56,676 bases of DNA from Candidatus Spechtbacterales bacterium (GTDB taxonomy: Bacteria > Patescibacteriota > Minisyncoccia > Spechtbacterales > 2-12-FULL-38-22): NCBI GenBank assembly GCA_040902285.1, contig JBBDXP010000007.1, forward strand, positions 67,042 through 123,717, read 5' to 3'. The notes under the pieces are model-generated. The model saw only the letters and a program-made list of their open reading frames with translations. It had not been told where the DNA came from and did not search any database. Every line of letters begins with the position of its first letter. Positions within the stretch are counted from its first letter, which is position 1. A program made the translations under genes and the position numbers. Shown here in pieces: positions 48,599 through 56,676 of the stretch.

Positions 48599-49249
48599 TT
48601 AATCAAAAATGGATTTAACAAGCCCCCTTTTTCTAAGATCTCCGGGATTATAAAGTATCCAGAACAAAGAAATAAGCTCTTCGGTTGTAAGAGTTCTTGC
48701 GGTAAGGCCGAGGCGGTGCAATCCGCTGGAAACAAAATCAACTCTTTGCATAAGCTGGCCTTTATAAAAAGAAAATTTTTCGGGATCTATCGTGGCCAAT
48801 TCTCCGCTCTTTCCCACCACACTTTTGAATCTCTCTCCGGCCCCTCCCTGCATTGTGGCGGTTTCTACCAAACTGAATGGTACAACCACATAAAAATCTG
48901 TGGCCACTATGTTTGCTTCTTTTACGAATTGCCCGATAAAGTTTATATATTCGTTTGTCTGCATTTGCAAAAGATCAGAAGTTTCCTGGGTTAATCTTTG
49001 TTGCAAACTTTCTATGTATCTGTCGATATTCATTAAACGGGAATTTATAAATATTTGTATTGAAAAATCCAGAGAATTTAAAAAGTTTTGATATTCGTAA
49101 ATTATCGCCTCTTGCTCCTGTTGGCTTTTTAACGCTAAGTTTATACTTGAAACCTGCAAAATGGCGCGCATGTGCCCGCCCTTAGCAACCACAACATCGC
49201 TTCTTATATTGTCTATTTTTACAAAATCTTGTGTGCTTGTTTCTGGCAT
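48599..49249 (-). CDS. VirB4-associated protein (TraC N-terminal-like) of the T4SS-like locus
   Basis: STQDFV, SSINLALKS..EQEAII..YQNFLNSLDF, FYVVVP; located between prgI and virB4. Confidence 0.7.
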   Translation of the reverse strand: MPETSTQDFVKIDNIRSDVVVAKGGHMRAILQVSSINLALKSQQEQEAIIYEYQNFLNSLDFSIQIFINSRLMNIDRYIESLQQRLTQETSDLLQMQTNEYINFIGQFVKEANIVATDFYVVVPFSLVETATMQGGAGERFKSVVGKSGELATIDPEKFSFYKGQLMQRVDFVSSGLHRLGLTARTLTTEELISLFWILYNPGDLRKRGLVKSIFD

Positions 49250-49250
49250 T

Positions 49251-49670
49251 TTATTGGTTTAAAATATCCGCTAAGTTTTTAATATCGCGCAATTTTTCTT
49301 CTTCGGTCGGTTCCGCTCGTTCCGCGGGAGCGGTTTTTTGATTACCGGAATATTGAGGCGCCCACTTGGTGCCCTTGGGCATTTTAGCTTCTGTTTTGCG
49401 CCAAGTGTATTTTCTGGGTTGGAAAAAATAATTTATAAAATACATTACGAAATCTATAAGCGGGCGCCCGTTAACCTGTACAAAAGCCATTGTCAGGGCA
49501 ACACCGGACACTATAACGGCAAGCAGCGTAAACACAAAAAAGTTCTTAAATAAAAGATAAAGCACGAATATTATCGCGCCCGCCCCCAGAAGTATTACTG
49601 TTTGCCGCACGGTTAGCGGTCCCAGCAACCTATCCTCTCTTTCAACAAATTGTGGTACGGGATATTGCAT
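49251..49670 (-). CDS. PrgI-family protein
   Basis: MQYPVPQFVEREDRLLGPLTVRQ, two TM, NGRP, PRKYTW. Confidence 0.85.
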   Translation of the reverse strand: MQYPVPQFVEREDRLLGPLTVRQTVILLGAGAIIFVLYLLFKNFFVFTLLAVIVSGVALTMAFVQVNGRPLIDFVMYFINYFFQPRKYTWRKTEAKMPKGTKWAPQYSGNQKTAPAERAEPTEEEKLRDIKNLADILNQ

Positions 49671-49778
49671 ATTTTTTGCTTCGCAAAACCGCAGATTTAT
49701 GCTGATTTAGCGGATTTATACTGATGATTTTAAATGCGTTATCTGTATCTATCAGCCCAATCTGCATTGATCCGCGTT
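49671..49778 (-). repeat. Palindromic array of ~9-nt units, copy 2
   Basis: Reverse complement aligns with 40174-40290, including the GCGA(A)GCAAAAAA(C/T)ATG end. Confidence 0.7.
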
Positions 49779-49796
49779 TGAGTGAACGAAGTGAAC

Positions 49797-50264
49797 TCAC
49801 TCTATTATTTTTCTCGTTACCGATTCGTCTTTGTGGTGCGATTCCGGTTTTTTTTCGTCTTTTACATCATTATCTTTTTCTCCCCTTGATGTTTCAGTTT
49901 CTTTCTTGGCTTCTTGAGCGGCTTTTTGCCAGTTTTCTTCCGCTTTTTCCTGCATGTCTGCCAGTTCTTTGGCAACCGGAGCAAAAATTTCGGCCCGCAC
50001 ATCATGCGCCACATTCCTTGCGGTTTCCGCATCAAGGCCAGCTTCACTTTGCAGGGCGTCAATAAATCTTTTTATTGGCACAAGGCCGACCATCGCGTAG
50101 CCTATGATGGCCGACACGTCAAAAATCTTATCTGCCTCGACATTATATCTTTGTGTCAAATTTTCCACGGCTTCAGCGGTATTTTCGGATAGAAGCATAT
50201 CGTTGACACCCTCAGGTATTTCATTGAATGCTTGTAAATATTCTTCTCGGGCAAAGTTTAACAT
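49797..50264 (-). CDS. Hypothetical acidic helical protein
   Basis: 155-aa ORF co-oriented within the operon. Confidence 0.65.
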   Translation of the reverse strand: MLNFAREEYLQAFNEIPEGVNDMLLSENTAEAVENLTQRYNVEADKIFDVSAIIGYAMVGLVPIKRFIDALQSEAGLDAETARNVAHDVRAEIFAPVAKELADMQEKAEENWQKAAQEAKKETETSRGEKDNDVKDEKKPESHHKDESVTRKIIE

Positions 50265-50298
50265 AAATTTATTTGAAAATATTTGTATTTACTTTTTT

Positions 50299-52327
50299 CT
50301 ATGAATCCTTATTCTTATCTTTATCTGTATCTTTATCCGTACCTCCGCTTTTTGCTGAATCTAACGCTTCCCTTATTTCTTCTCCAATATCTTTTTTTCT
50401 GGCAGTTTTGAGTAATGCGGCAATATTTGGACTGGTGCTAATATTGTTCGCGAAAGAAGAGCCCGTGCGGCGTTTTATTACATCTTCCACCGCGCCCCCG
50501 ACTAAGCCATAAGCAGCCGATATTCCTGCCTCCAATGCTTTTGTTTTTTCAATGTCTTTACCTATATCGGCAACAAAGCTCTTGGTAAACTTATCCTGTT
50601 TGATCAATTCATCTACTATACCCGGATCTTTTAAAACTCCAGGGGACCAGTTTCTCATCGATTTTTCTGTTGCTTTAGCTATAACTTCCCCAATATCTTT
50701 ACCGAGCTGTTTTGCAATGTCCGGCCTGATTTCGAGTACGCTCTTTTCACTGCCCGGCATTGTTATACTTCGGGCGTTCATCTCTTTTGCGAACTTCTCA
50801 AATTTCTTTGTTCCATTTGCCTTATCATCTGTTTTGAGTTTGTCCACATGCTCATTAAATTTGTCGGGATGCTTATTTACCAGTAAGTCGGTTATCTTTG
50901 CCCTTTCTTTTGAATTTGAGGTATAATTAAGGGCTTGAAGCAGGGCTGTTGGAGAATAATTATCATAACCCTTAACTTTTTTCCATTCTTGTTGGTATGT
51001 TTCTTTTCCGGCCCCGTATCCTTTTCTAATGGGTGCAACCAATTGTTTTATTCCCGGTAGTTGAAGCACGGTTTTAATCGGTTTTCCAACGCTACTCGTT
51101 ACCCCTTTTGCTTTTTCGGGTGTTACATCCTTATACAACGTGGATCCGCCTACGTCTCTTATTTGTCTTGACACCCACCTTCCGCTCGCGTTTACACCTC
51201 CTTGATACAGCCGTCTTGCCCCTTTTATTATTGCCTGTGAACCCTCCGCGCTGAATGACATACTCATCATTATTCCTATAACCAAGGCCCCAAGAGCAAA
51301 TACCATCTGTGACGCCTCACATATATTCAATTCTGCTTGCAAATCGTTAATCTCGGTTGGATTGCTTGTTATGACGGTGGGACAAGGCACTTCAAGGAAC
51401 CACCCGGCCAGCCACAGGGAGAAAAGAAGCGGAACTATTATTATGGACCACTGTATGAAATTGCTCCACCAGCGGTCGTATAATCTTGCCATCATATACT
51501 TAACGTTTAAAAATTAATCCTATAAAAGCTATTGGAGAAAGTATAACCAGTATTGTCAGCATAAGCGTTCTTCCGAAGAGTAGCAGGGATAAAAGCAAAT
51601 ATACAAATATTAAAAACAAGTTGATTAAAATAGAAACAACCGCTTTTACAAGTATTGCTATAGCTTCTGATATGTCCGCACTGAATATACTGCCCAACAC
51701 GGCAATTATATCTCCAAACACATCCCCTAAATAGTCGAAGCCCCCGAACGGATTACTGTTTATCAACGCGCTGCTGCTTCTTTTGGCGCTTTCCCAAAAA
51801 ACATAACCCGCTATATTTGATAGATCTATAATTATACCGGTTATTATCGGCGTAAAGTTTATCAGAAGCGCTACAACAAAAAATCTTCCCAGCATACGCT
51901 TGTTTATTGTCTGCAGATTGAGCATTGTTCCCACGCCTATAGCCACAAAAACAATAACAAGCGACATATTAGCTAAATCACGCATTACGGGCCAACCTAC
52001 ATCAAATATTGTTCCGGATGTGTAAGTATGTGTGAGTGTTAGCTCTAAGAAAAATTCCATGAACATCCGCGCTATCCACGCAACAAATATAAGCAACAGG
52101 TTTACTATTGCGGCTAGTATGACAACAACGGCTATTAAAAAGGCCATTACTATTCTGAAAAAGAACTCAAATACAGCCGTTGCAACATCTTCAAAGAAAC
52201 CGGCATTGGCTGGCTCTGGCATTAACATGAGGGTTCCTGCTATCAAAACAACAGCCACAATCAAAACAGTCCTCGCAACAGGCGCCTTTTCGTTAAAAAT
52301 ATTCTTAGGGTTTAAAATGCCCCTCAT
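50299..52327 (-). pseudogene. VirB6/TrbL-like polytopic membrane protein split by a frameshift (51500-52327 and 50299-51495)
   Basis: GWPVMRDLAN, VALLINFT, ILSPIAFI, then 'YDRWWSNFIQWS' continues in another frame; removing one base of ATTTTTAAAC restores one ORF. May be a sequencing error. Confidence 0.65.
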
Positions 52328-52441
52328 CCCGTTAGAAGCAGATTGCGATTAAACCACAACCTGCAGTTCTTAATTATTTATTTGAATTATTATTGTTTTA
52401 AATTACTCATCCCGTATATTGCGATCGCGACTTCTAACGGG
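52328..52441 (-). repeat. CCCGTTAG...CTAACGGG element, subfamily B
   Basis: Abuts ATG 52327; homologous to 40769-40882. Confidence 0.9.
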
Positions 52442-52496
52442 ACTTATTGACTTAATTATACAACAGGGCGTTTGTAGTAGCCAATCTACTTTTCCA

Positions 52497-53348
52497 CTAA
52501 TTTAAATTATTTGCGCGCAATAGTTCAGCGAGTTTAAGCCAATCTTTGGGGTGCAGGGCTTCTGCCCTTATCGATATATCCAACCCTGCGGTTTTAAGCG
52601 TGTTTTCGATGTCGGCCCGGGGTATTTTAAATTGTTTAGACAAATTTTTTGCCAGTTGTTTGCGCGGAGAAGAAAAACCCGCTTTAACCGCGCGAAAAAG
52701 CTCTTCCTCATTTGTTTTTGGCTTTTCTATATTTTTAACGGTTAAAATAGCCGAGTTTATTTTTGGTTTTGGCCAAAAAGCGCTGCTCGGTATTTGTTTT
52801 TCCAGTTTTGTTTTGCCGTATATTTGTACGGAAATCGCCAGAAGGTTGGTTTTGGGAGGACGGGCTGTAATTTTTTCAGCTATTTTCTTCGGAATAATAA
52901 CCGCTATTAATTTGGGAGGGTTCTCTGTGTTTTCAAGAAATTTTCTGAACAATCTAGCTGTTAGGTAGTATGGAATCGCGCCCACTAGTTTATAGGATCT
53001 TGCTTGAGAGTTTGTCCGCCAGTTGGCGGATTGTAAATTGTAAATTGAAAATTTTAATATATCATCTTCTACAATCTCAACATTTTTATGATTTGCGAAT
53101 TCATCTTTAAGCAATTTCACAAGCCGAGGATCTTTTTCTACAGCTATTACTTTTTTAGCTTTTTTTGCCAGTTCTTGCGTTATCCCCCCTGTCCCGGGGC
53201 CAACTTCAATCACGACATCTTTTGAGGATATTTCAGCCGAGGCAATTAAATCAATTATATATTTTTTATCAATTAAAAAATTCTGCCCTAATACTTTGTT
53301 CGGCGTTATGTTGTATTTTTCTAACAGGATTTTTATTTTATTTGACAC
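52497..53348 (-). CDS. rsmA: 16S rRNA adenine dimethyltransferase
   Basis: LGQNFLID, IEVGPGTG, AVEKD, IPYY, FWPKPKINS, RAEAL. Confidence 0.95.
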   Translation of the reverse strand: MSNKIKILLEKYNITPNKVLGQNFLIDKKYIIDLIASAEISSKDVVIEVGPGTGGITQELAKKAKKVIAVEKDPRLVKLLKDEFANHKNVEIVEDDILKFSIYNLQSANWRTNSQARSYKLVGAIPYYLTARLFRKFLENTENPPKLIAVIIPKKIAEKITARPPKTNLLAISVQIYGKTKLEKQIPSSAFWPKPKINSAILTVKNIEKPKTNEEELFRAVKAGFSSPRKQLAKNLSKQFKIPRADIENTLKTAGLDISIRAEALHPKDWLKLAELLRANNLN

Positions 53349-53371
53349 TTGTTTTGTTTATGACTTTATTC

Positions 53372-53519
53372 TAGAAGTGTCCGGCATTGTTTTTAGCGAT
53401 TCTCGGAGGCATTTTTGGCTTGGTCCGAGTGCAGCGAGGCGAAAATGCCGAGAGGGAGCGGTGGTTTTCCGCTGGAGAAAACCAACCACGGTCGCTAAAA
53501 ACAATGCCGGACACTTCTA
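53372..53519. mobile_element. 148-bp palindromic element, same core family as the truB insert
   Basis: Perfect 28-bp IR tagaagtgtccggcattgtttttagcga / tcgctaaaaacaatgccggacacttcta; its end is the pcrA TAG stop. Confidence 0.85.
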
Positions 53520-55511
53520 CCCCAAACTAATTATATCGTCATCATCGGTTAGATAATCAGTTTCATCTTCGGGCGGTTCATATAATTCTACATCTTTATA
53601 TTTGGGCGGTATTTCGTAAAGAAAACTGCTTGGCGGATTGTGTGCAATCGCCCCCCAAACTATCCGAGTCCCCGCCACAAGGCACCACACCTCCTTTTTG
53701 GCTCTTGTAATCCCGACATAAAACAGCCGGCGTTCTTCCTCAAGTTCTTTTTGCGAAAACATGCTGTTTGCGTGCGGTAAAATGCCTTCCTCGCATCCGG
53801 CTATAAATACAATCGGAAATTCAAGCCCCTTTGCCATGTGCAGAGTCATAATATGGACAAGGTCTGAGTTTTTATCAACGCGGTCTGCCTCTTGCATCAA
53901 TGTTATATCCTCAAGAAATTTTAAAACCGCGTCTTTGGGGGCAATATTTGAATATTCATCAGCGGAAGAAAAAAGTTCCAGCACATTTTGCCATCTTTCT
54001 TCACCCTGCTCTGTGCCGTCTTTGAGCATTTGTTCAAAATTAGTTTTACGGGCTATGTACTCCATTAATTTTCTAAGATTTAAGTTTTCTTTAACTTTCA
54101 AAGCAAATTCTTCGCTCAAAATTTGTATGGCCTCATTTTTGGTGGAAACCGGAACAAGCATCCTTGTCTTTAATGCCGAAAGAGGAAGATCTCTCAATCT
54201 TTCGCGGGATGTATCATCCTTTTTGTTAATCGCAAGACGAATCCAGGCAACCATGTCTTTGATTTCTTTTCGCTGATAGAATTTTATTCCTCCGACTATT
54301 TTGTAGGGCATCCCTGCGCGCAAAAGCACTTCTTCAATAGCGCGTGACTGAACGTTTGTCCTGTAAAGAACTACAAAATCTTTTAATCTGTATTTTTTTT
54401 CTGAAACAAGAGCATTTATTTTGTTTAAAATAAATTCCGCTTCCGAATGCGCGTCGGGAAGGCCTCTTATGTACACAGGTTTCCCCTTTTTATTGTCTGT
54501 CCACAGTTTTTTTGGATATCCTTGGGAATTATTTTTTATCAGTTCTGACGCGGCCTTTATTATATTTTTGCTTGAACGATAATTTTGCTCCAGTTTAATT
54601 ATCTTTGCTGACGGCCAATCCTTTTTAAAGTTCAATATGTTTGTGAAATCAGCGTTGCGCCAGCTGTATATGGCCTGCGCGTCGTCTCCTACCACGCATA
54701 AATTTTTTGATTCGCGCGCCAACAGGTTCAACAGAGAGTACTGGGCGGTGTTTGTGTCCTGGTACTCATCTACCAATATGTACGCGTATTTCTTTTGGTA
54801 TTTTTTGAGTACTAAGGGATTGTTTTCAAAAAGTAAAACAACTTTAAATATAAGATCTCCAAAATCCAGAGCGTCTTGGGCGTTTAGTTTTTCTTCGTAT
54901 AATTCGTATATTTTAGATATTTCTTTTCCGGGGTAGTTATTACCGTTTTCTGCTTTGTATGATTGAGGGTTTATCAATCTGTCTTTTGCCCCGGATATAG
55001 CCGAGCGCGCTTTTTGCGGAGACAATTGTTTCGGATCAATACCCAGTTCCTTTATTGCCTTTTTAATTACAGATAATTGGTCCGCGTCGTCATATATCGC
55101 GAAATTTCGGCTTATCCCAAGCCCCGGCCCGCCTGCGCCGAGGCTTCGGCGGGCAGGCGCTTCCCGCCTTAGTATTTGCGCGCAAACGGCATGAAAAGTG
55201 CCGACCGTCGGCGCAGGCGGGCCTGCCTGCCGAAGCTCCTGTTCACCAGTCGGCATAGGCGGGGAATGCGATAATCCCGGATTTATTTTCAACAAACCCA
55301 GAATCCTGTCCTTCATCTCACCAGCCGCCTTATTTGTGAATGTAAGAGCCAGGATATTTTGCGGATGTATGCCCGAAGATATTAAATAGGCCACCCTATG
55401 GACGAGCGTCTTTGTTTTACCGGAACCCGGACCGGCCAGTATTAAAAGTGGACCGCTCGGTGCGGTTACGGCGCGTTTTTGTTTTTTATTTAGCGAAGAA
55501 AGCAAATTCAT
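53517..55511 (-). CDS. pcrA: UvrD/PcrA SF1 DNA helicase with two palindrome-derived insertions
   Basis: AGPGSGKT, TFTNKAA, VDEYQDTN, QNYRS, TLHMAKGLEF, EERRLFYVGITRA; start ATG 55511. Confidence 0.95.
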   Translation of the reverse strand: MNLLSSLNKKQKRAVTAPSGPLLILAGPGSGKTKTLVHRVAYLISSGIHPQNILALTFTNKAAGEMKDRILGLLKINPGLSHSPPMPTGEQELRQAGPPAPTVGTFHAVCAQILRREAPARRSLGAGGPGLGISRNFAIYDDADQLSVIKKAIKELGIDPKQLSPQKARSAISGAKDRLINPQSYKAENGNNYPGKEISKIYELYEEKLNAQDALDFGDLIFKVVLLFENNPLVLKKYQKKYAYILVDEYQDTNTAQYSLLNLLARESKNLCVVGDDAQAIYSWRNADFTNILNFKKDWPSAKIIKLEQNYRSSKNIIKAASELIKNNSQGYPKKLWTDNKKGKPVYIRGLPDAHSEAEFILNKINALVSEKKYRLKDFVVLYRTNVQSRAIEEVLLRAGMPYKIVGGIKFYQRKEIKDMVAWIRLAINKKDDTSRERLRDLPLSALKTRMLVPVSTKNEAIQILSEEFALKVKENLNLRKLMEYIARKTNFEQMLKDGTEQGEERWQNVLELFSSADEYSNIAPKDAVLKFLEDITLMQEADRVDKNSDLVHIMTLHMAKGLEFPIVFIAGCEEGILPHANSMFSQKELEEERRLFYVGITRAKKEVWCLVAGTRIVWGAIAHNPPSSFLYEIPPKYKDVELYEPPEDETDYLTDDDDIISLG

Positions 55512-55551
55512 GGTAAGCGGGATGTGTTTATAACGTGTGGACAGTATTCTA

Positions 55552-55579
55552 TTGACATCGGCAATGTAGATGCTATCCT
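55552..55579 (+). promoter_or_regulatory. Candidate sigma70 promoter toward the LysM gene
   Basis: TTGACA-N16-TATCCT with an upstream TG. Confidence 0.4.
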
Positions 55580-55695
55580 TAAATAGATGGTGCTTCGGCA
55601 CCATTTTTGTATATCATAATTTTGTCTTTAGTATCTAACTCTTTTAGACTATTAGTGACAACTCACAAGACCCTTCCTCATCGCCTTCACGGGTC

Positions 55696-56676
55696 ATGAG
55701 GATGCGTGACATATTTATGCGTATTAAAAACCTTTTGCTTTTATCCAAGGATAAGGGCTCGGGGGTTTTTTACGGATTAAAGAAAACCGACGCCAATTCT
55801 CTTTTTTCTTTTGCGTGGAAGAGTTTGGCGATTTTTATTTTTGGGGGAATTCTTGTTGCCGGGTTTCGCGCAACTGAGATAAGTACTATTTTGCCTTTGC
55901 ATGCCGCCGCCGAGAAATCAATACCTGCTGAAAAAAATACGCGCATAGACCCTACCCTCGGATCTCAGCCGTTTTTAAACGGCCGGTTAATAGCGTCTAT
56001 TGAAATTCCTGCGGTACAGGACCAGGAATCAGGCACCGGAGGAGCTGTTTATCCTTCAATATCAACAGTGCAGGGGGTTGCTTTGTTGCCTACAACAGCC
56101 CCAATTATACCAGAACCGCCTTCTAAAGACAGAGCACAAATAATTGAATACATAGTAAAACCATATGACACGCCTTCCGGCATTGCAGCGGCATATGGCT
56201 TGAAGCTGAACACTCTTTTGTGGAGCAACCATATAGATAATCCAAATCTTATACACCCGGGAGACAAGCTTTTCATACTTCCTGTGGACGGACTTACATA
56301 CCAGGTAAGCAACGGAGATACGCTTTCAAGGATAGCATCCAAATTCAAAGCGGATATGGGTGATATTCTAAAATATAACGATATAGAATCCGCACAACAT
56401 ATATTTCCCGGACAGTTGCTCATAATCCCCGGAGGCGTGGAACCGCCGGCATCTTCATCAAGTTCGGGCCGTTCATCATCATCTTCTTCCCAATACGCGT
56501 ATTCATCTTTGCCCAATTTAGACGGATATTTCGCGATGCCTGTTCACGGAAGAATAACTCAGGGTCTGCACTTAAAAAGTGGAGTTGATATTGGAAACAA
56601 GCGCGGAACGCCTATTATGCCCCGGCAAGCGGAGCAGTGGGCATAGCCGTAAATAACGGGCGGTGGAACGGAGGGT
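55696..56676 (+). CDS. Double-LysM / M23 peptidase, partial at the window end, with an apparent frameshift near 56616
   Basis: Two LysM repeats; 'ITQGLH..SGVDIGNKRGTPI' continues in another frame as YAPASGAV...GRWNGG; start uncertain. Confidence 0.8.

Noticed and set aside
51503-51513. Programmed -1 frameshift at TTTAAAC
   Set aside because: The heptamer is not in the X XXY YYZ phase, and the downstream ORF needs a +1 shift.
42326-52327. Integrative conjugative element
   Set aside because: No relaxase, coupling protein, integrase or att sites are visible, and it sits among core genes near oriC.
5426-53519. Consistent antisense orientation of the ~145-bp core family
   Set aside because: Three copies fit, but the outer copy at 5426-5758 has the opposite orientation.
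53296-53556. 86-aa plus-strand ORF
   Set aside because: It is antisense to rsmA/pcrA and spans the 148-bp element.
1-56676. tRNA, rRNA, tmRNA or RNase P RNA genes
   Set aside because: No cloverleaf, T-loop or other signature was recognised by eye; a covariance scan is needed to exclude them fully.

Overview
This is a core chromosomal segment of a small-genome bacterium, most likely Patescibacteria/CPR (Parcubacteria-like). That assignment is inferred from gene content: shortened YebC, PolA lacking the 3'-5' exonuclease, DUF3048, and a PrgI/VirB4/pilin locus. The window spans the replication-origin cluster (dciA-dnaN-dnaA / rpmH-rnpA-yidD-yidC-jag) and housekeeping genes (uvrB, truB, rpsT, holA, polA, tsaE, pilB, ruvB, yebC, ruvC, tyrS, a class A PBP, rsmA, pcrA). 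Accessory modules are a sugar-utilisation cluster, an apparently foreign peptide ABC importer plus S41 protease island, a RimK-GNAT/amidohydrolase pair, and a T4SS-like locus with three pilin-domain paralogs carrying shuffled Cys-rich tails, one ending in an HExxH metalloprotease-like domain. The most unusual signal is non-coding. (1) Seven 112-116 bp CCCGTTAG...CTAACGGG elements each sit with zero spacing against a start codon. (2) A second family of about 145 bp has a covarying structured core but unrelated terminal inverted repeats; it occurs nested inside itself, in frame inside truB, and supplying the pcrA stop codon. (3) Several smaller palindromic families are inserted in frame into core proteins. 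No transposase, tRNA, rRNA or CRISPR array was seen.
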